Shown here: in pieces, positions 35,022 through 46,588 of the stretch
How positions within the stretch are numbered: position 1 is the stretch's first letter
Layout of the letters: every line of letters starts with the position of its first letter
Assembly: GCA_963841565.1 (NCBI GenBank)
Contig: CAWJCY010000013.1
Coordinates: 1 to 64,000, forward strand
Direction of reading: 5' to 3'
Source: an uncultured Nitrososphaerales archaeon
GTDB lineage: Archaea; Thermoproteota; Nitrososphaeria; Nitrososphaerales; Nitrososphaeraceae
DNA: 64,000 nucleotides
Position numbers and translations under genes: made by a program
Notes under the pieces: model-generated
The model's database searches: none
What the model was told of the DNA's origin: nothing
The model's input: only the letters and a program-made list of their open reading frames with translations

Positions 35022-35333
35022 ATGTACTCGTATGACAAAGCAAACATGGAGAACAAATCAAGACTTGCGGTTGAAACTTTCTCGGCCGATACTGACTATT
35101 CTGCTCAAAGCCTTGCAGAGGAGAGTGATTTTAGAAATAGGTACATGCAGGAATTAAAAAAGAAAAGACAACATGGTTTCAATAACTATTTTGGTATTGA
35201 CGAGCTTCTCGAGGAAAGGAGACAAGTGAACCAACAACAAATGAAGACTCCTGGTCGTCGAGGAGAGATAATAAAACATGAGGAAATTGACAAGGAGATA
35301 TTAAGACGATTAAAAAACGAAACACAAATTTAA
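35022..35333 (+). CDS. Hypothetical charged protein
   Basis: 103-aa ORF with a helical charged composition. Confidence 0.7.
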   Translation: MYSYDKANMENKSRLAVETFSADTDYSAQSLAEESDFRNRYMQELKKKRQHGFNNYFGIDELLEERRQVNQQQMKTPGRRGEIIKHEEIDKEILRRLKNETQI

Positions 35334-35611
35334 TCTGAGAACTTTCTGTGTCTTGTTTTACTCCTGTAGTTTAGGAATCTTAAACCTCTAGGCCATATCC
35401 TCTCAAAATCTGCTAAATGCCAAGATGGAAATTTTCATATTCATTCTCGAGTAAACTGCAAATGACCACTGGACTGAACATCTGAAGATCACCAAGATCT
35501 ATATGTGAAGGTTAAGTAATGTTTCTCGCAACTATATAATTTCGCTAATCATATTATGTCAGTTTTGCTCTTTCTCCAACTTTGTATATTTATCCAAGCA
35601 TATAATTAAGT

Positions 35612-37369
35612 TCAGTTGCGTTTCACAAGCACTGCGTCTCCAGAATCCATGCTCTGCCAAACCACGTCAAATCCTAATATTGAAACGAGTTCGGCATGAC
35701 AGACTTCGGGGATAGAATTTTCAGATAGGATGGCACATGCCTCAGTAAATTTTGTAGTACTAGTTAAGAGCTTTGCTAACGCTTTTGCCTTTGACTTTAA
35801 TAAAAACCACGAATCTATTCTCAAATACTCCTCGGCGTTGTCTCTGAATGCAATTGCCATAGCAATTTCAATTGGTACTTGATATGTTTCCGAAATTTCT
35901 TCAATAGAGATAACATCTTTAGTGCCGTCAAATCTTATCCTTAGATCTGAAGTAGAAATATTTGATTCAATTTGCTGTTTGTCAATTGATTTTAAATATT
36001 CTTGTAACTTCTTAACAGGAACTGACGCTTTCCTGAAAAATATGACTCTGCTATTCGATAGGCCATTAATTGACGGATTGAAGAGCTTAGAACATGAAAG
36101 CTCTTCGTCCACCGCAACAAATAGATCGACGTTACTATTACGGAGAATATCGCTAATTTTTTGAAATTTTTTTTCCAGGTACTCTTTAGTCCAAAATCCT
36201 ACAATCTCCAGATATACCTTTCGACCATACTTCTCAAACAAGAAATCAGGGATAAATGCAACGCCATTGCCGACAATTAGGGGATCAGGCTCTCTCTTAA
36301 TTTTCCATCTATTGGCAAGGTGTTCGAACCTAATTGCAAATTTTTCTTCGAGGGAACTGTCATAGTATGAAGATGATGGTCGACTATTGATACTGCTACC
36401 TAGGTAATTCTGAGATGGTTCCCTCAATTTGAGTTGCTGAAAATCTGCAGATGAAGCTTTAAATTCGTATATCTTCTTGCCAGACATTGTCTTTCTAACT
36501 ATAGACGCATTCAATTGCCACCATGAAGATGAAATGATGAACGGAATGAGTTTCGCTATGGATGTTCCATATCTATCGGTCATCTTAAATAGGCTGACAG
36601 GACCATCAATTGAACACATCAACTTGCTATCGTGGACACTATTATCTTTCATATTGGCATGAACTAGATGCTCTCTACTCTTTTCGGAACTAAGATATTT
36701 GGCATCAGGGCTCTCACTCCCAGTCACCTGCTCCTTCAAACTGTACATTAAACCTAGACGTTTCACTTTTCTCAGAATATTCTTCCAACTTGCCCCTCCT
36801 TTTACGCTGAACTCTAACCTAGTACACGTGAAAAGCAAAGTCTGCAGTAGCGACAGATCGTACCACCCTAATAATTCTTCAGAACTGACAGAATCGAACA
36901 ATTCTAGGATCAAATTTTCATTGAGGTCGCTCCACATTGATTGCATTATGGAAGCCGGTGAATTCATGGTCCTCGATGAGATCGCACTTAGAATCTCGTC
37001 ACGGCGAGACTGGGTAAGTCCAAAACCACGTCTTGACGATTCCTCCCATAAAAGCCTCCGAATGTCGGCAGGATATGCTATGCTCTCGCAATTCCCTTCC
37101 CGTTGGCCTATGGTTGTAATGAACTTACATCTTCTTTCCAGTAAAGTTGCAAGTCCCCTTACAAGTCTATAGTCATCAAAATTTCTTTCCAATAGTGAAA
37201 TCCTTTCGTTTAGAGTCTTCTTCATTTCCTTATTAGCAGCTGATTCTTCGAATTCATTAATCATTATTCTCGCAAGCTCTAAATGTCCAGACCTATTCTC
37301 TCCACAACTAAAGAGGGGAATTATCTCTCCCTTTCTTGTCTTTACTCTCAGTAATTGACTAGGCAGCAT
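35612..37369 (-). CDS. DUF790 (Bax1-like) endonuclease
   Basis: MLPSQLL, DYRLVRGLATLLERR, DGPVSLFKMTDRYG, YDSSLEEKF, REPDPL, FIPDF and YLEIVGFWTKEYL. Confidence 0.9.
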   Translation of the reverse strand: MLPSQLLRVKTRKGEIIPLFSCGENRSGHLELARIMINEFEESAANKEMKKTLNERISLLERNFDDYRLVRGLATLLERRCKFITTIGQREGNCESIAYPADIRRLLWEESSRRGFGLTQSRRDEILSAISSRTMNSPASIMQSMWSDLNENLILELFDSVSSEELLGWYDLSLLQTLLFTCTRLEFSVKGGASWKNILRKVKRLGLMYSLKEQVTGSESPDAKYLSSEKSREHLVHANMKDNSVHDSKLMCSIDGPVSLFKMTDRYGTSIAKLIPFIISSSWWQLNASIVRKTMSGKKIYEFKASSADFQQLKLREPSQNYLGSSINSRPSSSYYDSSLEEKFAIRFEHLANRWKIKREPDPLIVGNGVAFIPDFLFEKYGRKVYLEIVGFWTKEYLEKKFQKISDILRNSNVDLFVAVDEELSCSKLFNPSINGLSNSRVIFFRKASVPVKKLQEYLKSIDKQQIESNISTSDLRIRFDGTKDVISIEEISETYQVPIEIAMAIAFRDNAEEYLRIDSWFLLKSKAKALAKLLTSTTKFTEACAILSENSIPEVCHAELVSILGFDVVWQSMDSGDAVLVKRN

Positions 37370-37823
37370 TTCTTAATTGTATAAACTGACAAAGATCAGC
37401 CATTATGTTGAGCATAATTAACCTTATAAAAATGGTCGTTCCCCACCAATTTAAATTTTTTTCAACATATTTAGAATATGGAGAAAGAATATTGGAAATT
37501 AAGTTGGTTCTCTGTCGTGTTTGTTCTTTAAGATCTTATTCATTCCTTTCTCCAAGTTCCACGACGCTAACATCTCACCTACATACTATGGTATTAACCA
37601 AAAGTTTTGTTCTTTTCATCCCAGAATACTTGATCGCTGTGGTAAATGAACGATATCTGATCATTGCTAATAATGTCTGTCCCACTCCGGCACTGGAGCC
37701 AATTGCAAAGTGCGTTAATGAAAATGAACAAGTGCGGTCGTGGAGTAAATTAATATTAAAATTTGAAGGATCCAGCTGTCTTGCAATCGGAAAAAAGGCT
37801 TGGGAGGCCTCTACTTCAGTCTT

Positions 37824-38533
37824 ATTACCTTCCTATACACAGACCACTTGGATTACTTGTCTCACAGCTGTTGTCTACATACTGATTTGCATTGATATTT
37901 GTTGGTAGTCCGTTTGCATTGTTAAGGTCAATTACATTCTCAAGTACGTTATTTGCTGATATTGTATTCTGTATGCTCTGTCCATCAAGAAATACTCCAT
38001 TCTGACTTCCAACTACATTGTTCATTCCTATGTTGGACTGTTGTGAGTTGACAAATGTTATTCCTGCTAGCAAGTTTCCATTCATAAGGTTTGAGTCTAT
38101 AGCAGCACCTGTACTTGAGTGAGATGCTACACCTATACTATTACCTTGTATGATGTTTTGTTGTACTTGTGCATTTTCAGCTCCTGTCATAAATGTACCT
38201 ATCTGGTTGTTAGATAGTATGACAGAATTAATCGCAAATCCAGTTGCTCCAGTAAGAAGTACTCCTGCTTGGAAGTTGCTGATTGAACCAGGTCCATTTA
38301 CTACTACATTATCAACATTTGGTACCATAATTCCAACTTTAGAGTCTGTCCTGTCCAGGTCCTGTGATTGAGAATCCATTCATGTTAATTACTGTGTTTG
38401 GACCACCTACTATGATACCATCTCCACTGCAGTTAAGATTTGCAGTTAGATTTACTACTCCGCTTACGACTTGTCCACATGCTGCGTTAGTTGATGCTTC
38501 TGGAGTCCCACCACCTTGTTGTTGTGCAGCCGC
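37824..38533. repeat. Direct repeat copy 1 (710 bp) of the beta-helix gene body
   Basis: Manual alignment with 47446-48154 shows about 8 substitutions plus one extra base at 38345. Confidence 0.95.
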
Positions 38534-38644
38534 GGTTGGAATATTTACCGCAATGATGCTCAAGGTCAAGAGGGCAACCATTCCTGATGCTACAATTATT
38601 GATGAAATCCTCCGACTTCTTTTATTAGTTCTACCTTGCTCCAT
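37825..38644 (-). pseudogene. Secreted right-handed parallel beta-helix (NosD/CASH-like) protein, copy 1, with a +1 frameshift at 38345
   Basis: Signal peptide, CG.V....V.LTANLNC, and repeated N-I-x-x-N..GI coils. Copy 2 reads agagctgtc where this copy reads agagtctgtc. Confidence 0.9.
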
Positions 38645-39188
38645 TCCTAATCGAAGAATGATGTAGTATTAGTATTATTTATGTGGATGTATGAACTGTG
38701 CCCAAATTATGATTAATTCGTTTTGATCATAAATTTTGCCTTTAGCTGTTATTCGTAAAAGATTCCAGGTACATTATACAATTCTATAACTATAATCTAC
38801 TAGTTCCCCTATCGTAGCGGAATTTCGACAATATTCATGTAGCGAAGAACCATTTAGACAATTACCATATTTATCACGGTAAGATGTGAGTCGATTGCTC
38901 ATCAGGAGAACTTATCAGTGCGCAGATTTCATGGTTATTAGTTCAGGGACAAAGGCGCTTACACCGAATTGAACCAGAATTAATTTTTTTTAGCCTATCT
39001 CTATGAAATCGTGGTTGATACCCATTGCCCAGGCCTGTGCAAGGCTTGTCAAGTAAAAGAATGAGTTAATTCTTTTACGAATGATTCTAGAGATTTGTTA
39101 TAAACCTCTGACAATACTCACAGAATGAGATATTTTAAGTGATATTGATTCGCAGACCAATTGTCTTAGACTATTGTGAACCTCTGGT

Positions 39189-40377
39189 ATGGCGAACGAA
39201 TTAGAACAAATTACTTCAATTGGATATCATCTATCAAGCTCACCGCCGCGTCTTCGAGTTCTTCTCTTCATGCAGTACAGAAACATTTTATTCTACCCTC
39301 ACTTTCATTTAGCTAATGCCTATTTCAAAAAACTGAAGCTCATCATAGTTTCCATCGGAGTCATAGTAGTGGCTGGAAGTGTTTTGTTACTGCTCTATAC
39401 GGAGTATAACATTACGTTCAATTCACCATCTGCAGAAGAGAGCAGACCTATAAGAATAGCGTGTTCTGAACCTTGGGTAGGCTACGTCCCAATTATATTG
39501 GCCGTGGACAGATTCTTCAAGGAGAATAACGTCAAGGTGGAATTGATACAACCTGAGAATCAGACTACAACAGAAGAGTCATTTCTTAATGGATCAGTCG
39601 ATGGGCTATGCAGCATATTTACAACCACCATCTTTCAGAATTCAGAAGGAGTAAATTCTAGATTAGTATGGGTGTTGGATTACTCGGGTACCGGTGATGT
39701 TATCCTAGGTCCAAAGAATATGACAGTTAAAGATTTAAAGGGAAAAAAAATTGGGGTTGAAGGCCTTAATACATATTCTCATATTTTTGTATTACAAACC
39801 TTGGCCAAGGCTGGTTTATTTGAAAAGGACGTTCAATTTGCAAATATAGCCACCCAGGATATGGTAAAGGCTCTTAACGCCAAACGAATTGACGCAGGTC
39901 ATACGTTCGGACCAGCAAAAATTGCTGGTATTGCGGGGTGGGTATGATATTCTAGCGACTGCCGAAGATGCACCAGCGATTATCGCAGACGTTCTCCTTT
40001 TTAATTCCAAAGTAGTTGAGACAAGACCAGAAGCTGTAGAAGCTGTAGTAAAGTCGATTAATCAAGGAAAGGAATACTTTGATCGTAACAGGGAGCACGC
40101 ATACGTGCTTCTTTCAGATTTTTATAATATGACGACAGAAGAAGTACAAGATGGGTTTGAAGGGATACAGGTTCTTGGATTAGAAGATAATATTAAAGCA
40201 ATGAACCGATCGAGTTCAAATGTTCGCAACTTTACAACATTGTATGAATCAGGTAATATTATAGCCAATTACTTACTAGAAAAAGGTCAAATACGACAAA
40301 TACCGAATTTCGATGATATCATAGATCCGAAATTCATTTATGCTATTTCTAGAAACGAAACAATCCATGATGGTTAA
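39189..40377 (+). pseudogene. NMT1/THI5/SsuA-like solute-binding protein, frameshifted near 39937 (true start probably downstream of 39189)
   Basis: Membrane anchor, PWVGY, DYSGTGD, VKDLKGKKIG and IDAGHTFGP; removing one G continues into GYDILAT...IIADVL...IIDPKF. Confidence 0.85.
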
Positions 40378-40384
40378 CTGATTT

Positions 40385-42268
40385 ATGCAAATTCGATCAA
40401 GACTCTTCATTATCATGATATCTCTTGTTACGGCAGCTATTGTAGTTCCTTCAATTATAGCACTGAATACTTTCACAAAGAGTTTGGAAACCGAAATAAC
40501 TGAAGAACTTAAGATAAGTGCTCTAAACTCTATGGATAAATTGTCTAGACTCATGTTCGAACGCCTTGCAGACCTGAGATTTCTCACCTACCCAAGTAAC
40601 ACTGTAGTAACTAATTCTGACGATAATATCACTTTAGGGGAAAAGGTGGAATACCTGAGACAAATAGAAAAAGCAAATAAGGCATATGCCTCCATCTCAA
40701 TATACAACGCAAGCGGTATAAAAATTGGCGATACGCGAAGTATCGACATTGGTGTAAACGATTCGGGAGAACCATTTTACAAGAATGCCGCTAATGGCAC
40801 TTACTATCACGATAGTGTCCCCACCTATTCTAGGAGTTTGGGTCAATACGTAATTCATTTCTCTGGTCCTCTCTACAATGTCTACAACAATGAAACAGAA
40901 GGAGTCATGGTTCTAAAGTTTCCGCTCAACAAAATAAATGAGATTATGCTTGAGGCAGGCGGGACGATATCAAGTGATGCAAATATAGAATTAGTTTCTG
41001 ACGACGGACTGCTAATCTACTCAAACAATGATCCAAAGGCTGTTTTACAAAAAAAAGTAACAGAATTGAAGATACTGGACAAACTTCAGAATTCGACCAA
41101 TAGGGTAGAGTCTGAAATAGAAGCTGGCGACAACGGTGGTGGAGAGGTTACGGATACAATATTTATCGGCAGTAATGAACCTGGATTCTTGGATTATAGA
41201 GGAAACAACTGGTCACTAATCCTTGGTATAAGCACAGAAGATGCATTTAGGAACGTTGCGCTGCTTAGGAACCAGTTTATTGTTGTAGCAGTCATTATCT
41301 TGTCCATCTCTACCTTCCTAGTTTTTCTATTTGCAAGAAGCATTTCTAGACCAATAATAAAGCTGAGAGACGTTACGAATGAGGTTAGTAAGGGCAACCT
41401 TGGGATGAAGGTGGATATCCAAAAAAGCGGCGGTGACGAACTCATACAACTGTCATCAAGCCTCGAAAACATGAGGAAGACCATATTAGCCAGAACCGAA
41501 GAGGTCTTACGAGCAAATGAAGAGCTCAAATTAAAAGATAGATTGAAAGACGAATTCATTAACGTAGCCGCGCACGAGTTGCGGACACCCATACAACCAA
41601 TATTAGGGCTATGTGAAGTTCTTCGTTCCATAATAAGAAAAGGTAGTACTAGGAGTTCAAAAAGCGAAGAAGAAGAGCAGCTGTTAGATATTATTGTTAA
41701 GAATGCAAAGAGATTGCGTGGACTTGCTCAGGAGATATTAGATGTAACTCGAATCGAGAGTAAGGGGTTTGACTTGAATCTGGAATCCTTTGATCTTGTC
41801 GCATTGTTATCCAATATTGTGACGGACAATAGAGAGCAAATATCCAAACTTGAACGAAACATAAGTATAACATTTGAGTTTGAAGGGGAATACGAAAGAG
41901 GAGGAACAAATACAATTTTTGTGTACGCTGATAAGGAAAAAATTACTCAGGTCATTTCTAATTTGTTTGGAAATGCTGTTAAATTTACGAAGGATGGAAG
42001 TATATCAGTTAAAGTCAGCATAAATAAAGAAAATAATGAGGCTGTAATATGCATTAAAGATACTGGCCAGGGGATCGATCCGAGTATAGTGCCTCATTTA
42101 TTTACGAAGTTTAGCTCTAAATCCTTCGAAGGGATTGGATTGGGATTGTTTATTGCAAAGAATATAGTCCAAGCTCATGGAGGACGAATATGGGCTGAAA
42201 ATAATCCTGATGGTAAAGGTGCTGCGTTTTTCTTTACTTTACCGTTGTCACCACCATCCCAGTCCTAA
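40385..42268 (+). CDS. Membrane sensor histidine kinase (extracellular Cache-like domain, HAMP, HisKA, HATPase)
   Basis: Two transmembrane helices, ISRPIIKL...DELIQL (HAMP), AAHELRTP (H box), NLFGNAVKFT (N box), DTGQGI (G1) and GIGLGL (G2). Confidence 0.95.
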   Translation: MQIRSRLFIIMISLVTAAIVVPSIIALNTFTKSLETEITEELKISALNSMDKLSRLMFERLADLRFLTYPSNTVVTNSDDNITLGEKVEYLRQIEKANKAYASISIYNASGIKIGDTRSIDIGVNDSGEPFYKNAANGTYYHDSVPTYSRSLGQYVIHFSGPLYNVYNNETEGVMVLKFPLNKINEIMLEAGGTISSDANIELVSDDGLLIYSNNDPKAVLQKKVTELKILDKLQNSTNRVESEIEAGDNGGGEVTDTIFIGSNEPGFLDYRGNNWSLILGISTEDAFRNVALLRNQFIVVAVIILSISTFLVFLFARSISRPIIKLRDVTNEVSKGNLGMKVDIQKSGGDELIQLSSSLENMRKTILARTEEVLRANEELKLKDRLKDEFINVAAHELRTPIQPILGLCEVLRSIIRKGSTRSSKSEEEEQLLDIIVKNAKRLRGLAQEILDVTRIESKGFDLNLESFDLVALLSNIVTDNREQISKLERNISITFEFEGEYERGGTNTIFVYADKEKITQVISNLFGNAVKFTKDGSISVKVSINKENNEAVICIKDTGQGIDPSIVPHLFTKFSSKSFEGIGLGLFIAKNIVQAHGGRIWAENNPDGKGAAFFFTLPLSPPSQS

Positions 42269-43053
42269 ACAAGAAACTATAAAGGTTAACAGAGGATGCC
42301 ATAAAAAATCTAGCAATCCTATATCATTACTATTGGGTTTCAAATATCATGTTTTCCCCTTACTTCCTTATTGCTATAAGATTTATCATCTGTCGACATC
42401 CTAGTTTTGCAATATCTAGGCAGTTTGGAATATTAAACACACAGATGCTTCGAAAGAGCGTAGTGAAAAGATACTTCAGTTAAAGAAGTACTAAATAAGC
42501 AAACTGTCTGAGCATAAACAAGGAGGGTGATATGTGTGAGGCAGCTAATAGGAACATAGAGATTGTATAAATGACTTCATTTTTCAACTAGTCTGTAGAC
42601 ATAATTAATGAATTACCAATTAATGAGCGGGACGCAATCGGGCCCAGGATAAAGATTGATACGAGCTTAAACAAGTAAGATATAGAAAATATTGGCCAAG
42701 AATATCCAATAATAAACATCAGTTTGTCTTGGAGGTATACATTACATAGACTTGTTGAGGAGATTCTTGTGCGGGAATAAAAACATCCCTTGACATACCA
42801 GACCAATATTAAGAGGTATCGAATACAACTCGTTCCAAGAGTCCCATATCATGCAAATATTTGATTCTTTTAGAATCTTTCATCAATTCTACTAAGTCAA
42901 CACATTCTTACGTTTTCTTCAATCGCGATAGGCCAGATACTCGGTAACTGAAATTTACAATACGATACGTAATTTGATGTGAGAAGTTAGTCTGCGATTG
43001 TATCTCCTCTTCTGCTCTCATAGTATTTCCAAATATAATTCACAAATACCGTA

Positions 43054-43647
43054 CTAATAGATTTCTTTGAGTTTTTCATCAATATATTCCTTGAAGTCGG
43101 AGTGGTTGAAAATGGAGAAACACTTCACTTTATCCTTCACAGAATTGTGCGGAACCTCTCTGTCTATTACTAGCACAACTCCGGTAGTTGAGTAACCTTC
43201 ACTTCTTACTGCCTCTATGGCTTGAACCACACTATTGCCTTTAGTCATTACATCGTCCACGACCACGACGGGATCAGCGAGATACCCTTCTACTTTTTTT
43301 CCGCTTCCATGAGTTTTAACGTTTCTTCTAACTATGAACTGCTTAATTCCCTCGGAACTGCTTCTCCTAAGACTACTTATTATTATTATTGCAGTTGATA
43401 TTGGGATAGCGCCCATCTCTAACCCACCTACTGATTTTGCATTAAATTCTTTAGAAATGATGTCGTATAGCAATTCACCGATAAGCGTGGCTCCAACTGG
43501 ATCTGTCAAAACCATTTTTAAATCATAGTAAAAATTACTCCTCTCACCGCTTGATAGAACTATCGGCTGACTAGAGACAATTATCCCATTTCTTTTAATA
43601 ATCTCCATCAGCACTTTTCTTTTCAGTTGACTTTCTATAAAATTCAA
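43054..43647 (-). CDS. pyrE: Orotate phosphoribosyltransferase
   Basis: LSSGERSNFYYDLK, GGLEMGAIP, IVRRNVKTHG and the PRPP motif VVVVDDVMTKGNS. Confidence 0.88.
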   Translation of the reverse strand: MNFIESQLKRKVLMEIIKRNGIIVSSQPIVLSSGERSNFYYDLKMVLTDPVGATLIGELLYDIISKEFNAKSVGGLEMGAIPISTAIIIISSLRRSSSEGIKQFIVRRNVKTHGSGKKVEGYLADPVVVVDDVMTKGNSVVQAIEAVRSEGYSTTGVVLVIDREVPHNSVKDKVKCFSIFNHSDFKEYIDEKLKEIY

Positions 43648-44056
43648 CCGATGGGTTCTCAGATAACGAACATAGAGCTTTCTTTATAAGTGTAGTGGAT
43701 TGAACTTCAATCAGTGTAATCATACACTTTTTTTAGCATTAATTTATTATTCTATTTGGTATTGCTTCTAGAATAGCCATGGCTCAAGGAATTATTCATC
43801 CTATATAGCACGCAGAAACTGAACCTTCTGAATCAAATAAAATAGCTCTTAGCTTTTAATGAACCTCTTATTGTGTTTGCCTGTCAACCAAGAAGTTAAA
43901 CAAGGGACGCGCAGTTCCAGAAAATTTATTTCTATTCTTCACAATAGGTATTGCAAGTTACATTGCTTACTTTGTACAAGACAGAAGGCCTAACTGATGT
44001 TCTATTTCAATGGGTCGGTTGGCACGATAGACACAGAAAAGTACTTTGAGAAAAAA

Positions 44057-44482
44057 CTATTGTAATTCGGCTTGAATCCTTTTCACTAATTCCTCTGTCT
44101 CTATAGGTTTCTTAATGAAGCAATCTATTTCAATTTGAGGGAACAATTCTCGTAAGGATCGGTAGTACACTTCAAATGCAGTGATAAAACACACCTTTGC
44201 TTTCTTGTCTAACTTCTCCAATTTCTCATATAATTGAAAGCCGTTCATTTTTGGCATCTTGATATCAAGTAGAAGTAAATTATACACACCCATCTTAAAA
44301 TTGGCCAGTGCTTCAGAAGGATCATTAAACGCGTCGACCCTGTAACCCTTACCTTCTAAACCCATTTTAAAAGTTGCAGTTACATCTGGCTCATCATCCA
44401 CTAAGAGGATTCTTTTGCTTTCCGTTGACGCACTGGTGGACAATGTGGATGAAAACTGTAAAGAAGAGGTTTCCTCCTGCAT
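44057..44482 (-). CDS. Single-domain response regulator (receiver only)
   Basis: ILLVDDEPD, LLLLDIKMP, ITAFEVYY and FIKKPI. Confidence 0.93.
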   Translation of the reverse strand: MQEETSSLQFSSTLSTSASTESKRILLVDDEPDVTATFKMGLEGKGYRVDAFNDPSEALANFKMGVYNLLLLDIKMPKMNGFQLYEKLEKLDKKAKVCFITAFEVYYRSLRELFPQIEIDCFIKKPIETEELVKRIQAELQ

Positions 44483-44775
44483 ATTTACGCCAGTATTAGT
44501 ACAATTGTTAGTCCAGGATAAATAAGTTTAGGACATTCAGGTAAATAATTGCCAAGAACGACACGGTCAATAAGTTATCTTACAGGGAGATAAATTTCAG
44601 TCTAATAACACCAAAATTGAATTTATGCTCATGGACATTAAATAGACCATACCTTGACAAAGGGAATTGATTTGTTTGTTTGAGTATATTCCGCATCCCC
44701 TGTTTATTCGACGTCTCATCCATGTTTTTCCTATCCTTTAGGATCAAAGTGAAACGTTTCAAAACACAATAGTCA

Positions 44776-45372
44776 TTATCTCTTTTCTGACTGAGCTTCT
44801 CTACCTAAAACTAGTAACAAATTGATACCCGTCGCAGGAAATTTTCTCACTCCAAGCAATAGTTCATTAACCAACCCCTCCAATGGCCTGTCCTTAAATC
44901 TTGGGCCAAGCTCTAATAGCCATGATTTTGCTTTTTCAAAACCTTCAACTTTTTCGAGGGCTTTGCGAAGGCGTGTTTGATTAGTAACTAATGGAATCAA
45001 AGCATACAAGTACTCACTTATATATCGACTACCTTGAACGGTAATAGAGTACGATTCGAATTCTGTACCTTGATAAAAGGGGATACCTCTATGGAGCAAA
45101 GACGCTTCCTCCAACTCCTGTAATCGTGCTGACACATCACCCAGCCTCCTCGAAACAGGCTTTGCCGAAATCGGTAAGACATAAGGGACGTCTCCAATCA
45201 GGATTTTGATAGAATCAGGAAAAACAGTCCCGCTAGATTGACTTGAAGCTTGAGTTTGAAGCTGATTATCTGCATGTTGATGCTCTATACGAAAATATCG
45301 TTCTTCAGATGCAAGGTATATGAGGACAGCCGATTGAAAATCTGAATACTTAGACGCCTGATAAGTTGTCAA
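44776..45372 (-). CDS. Hypothetical protein, possibly winged-helix
   Basis: RLQELEEASLL...YSITVQGSRY resembles a wHTH recognition helix and wing. Confidence 0.6.
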   Translation of the reverse strand: MTTYQASKYSDFQSAVLIYLASEERYFRIEHQHADNQLQTQASSQSSGTVFPDSIKILIGDVPYVLPISAKPVSRRLGDVSARLQELEEASLLHRGIPFYQGTEFESYSITVQGSRYISEYLYALIPLVTNQTRLRKALEKVEGFEKAKSWLLELGPRFKDRPLEGLVNELLLGVRKFPATGINLLLVLGREAQSEKR

Positions 45373-45894
45373 ATCATATCTACCTATCCTTTTCTCTTAC
45401 TATACTGAGGAGCTCTATCTTATACGTGTCGATCCTCCTCGAATCAAAAAATGAACGATTTGAGGTTCTATCTATTCACGAGATGAATACCTCAACCGAA
45501 TGTAGAGATGTAAGCACATTAAAAAATTGAATACTTTAGCAAAGATCCCAAATATAGGAAGTAATAGTAAATTCTTTCTTAAGGTATATAGGGTGTTCAC
45601 CTCTTTTGTGAATCTGAAAATCACCATTGGCTAAAATCTACCTATTTGATTGGCGATGGCGTCAGATGGGTTGCTAATCCTCAACTACAATAAAAGGAGA
45701 TATCTCCAGTAAACGATAAAACAATGGAAAAGGACCATATCTATGGAAATATTCGACAAGCATAATATTGCGATGAGTGCATATTTCGTTGTAATGTTTG
45801 TTATCCCTCGATCGGGAGAAGTTGCGTTTCATGCTACAGTTTCTTAGACACGAAGTACTCAAATGAGATGAATTGGCAAGAAACATAGACTTGA

Positions 45895-46248
45895 GTTCAT
45901 GATCCACTCCATGGACAAGAAAGTCATCGGGCAGGAATTTATACCCCACTAGAGACGACAATAGCGTGTGGATTGGGGATGTATCAAAGACTGCCAGTAA
46001 ACCAGTGAATGTAGCGATACCCTTTGGCTACTACAGGAGCTCAGTATCCAATCAAATAGCGTAACCATTCGGAGAGCCATTGACAGTTCAGTTTGTACGA
46101 GAAGTATCAATAAATCTCGTGAAGCCCCATAGAGGAACGCATGTGAACTCTGAAAGTACTGATTTTGCTAGCAATTCTCTCCGTTTATTACAAATAACGG
46201 GGATCTGTTTACTGTAACTATACCGTAAATGCTGGTGCGGTGAAATGA
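45895..46248 (+). pseudogene. Multiply disrupted remnant of a thaumarchaeal exported protein
   Basis: Across frames: DPLHGQESH, PTRDDNSVWIG..SKTASKPVNV, GEPLT..VSINLVKP, DFASNSL and FTVT.TVNA. These recall a Nitrososphaeraceae secreted family (from memory, not searched). Confidence 0.45.
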
Positions 46249-46588
46249 GGCAACGCTAAGTGGAAGAAGATGAAGATTAAGAATGGAGCTAATGGCGACC
46301 AAACTGACACCTATTAATGGTCATTATACTGACTTTTTTGTTAGAATTTGCCTGATGATATTTTTCTTTGAAATACTGTAATCCTCAAGAATAATGAATG
46401 AAGTCATTTAGTCCTGAGATTTGAAAGTGGAATTTCCAGTTAGCCACGACGATGATTTTAGCTCCTTGGATTACATCTAAAAAAAACTTTTATTTAGAAT
46501 TAGATTGTTATAGTCTATCAGATTGAGCGATCGCCGAGATCTTTCCAAGGGACAAAAGGAGTATATCGAGGCGGGAAGCGGAGCTGGA

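Noticed and set aside
37405-37908. 167-aa plus-strand ORF, or an XPB remnant on the minus strand
   Set aside because: The composition is atypical, it overlaps the beta-helix gene antisense, and no helicase motifs occur on either strand.
12909-40377. Programmed ribosomal frameshifting as an explanation for the split genes
   Set aside because: There is no common slippery heptamer or downstream structure, and the intact duplicate at 47447-48259 shows the 38345 lesion is a simple insertion.
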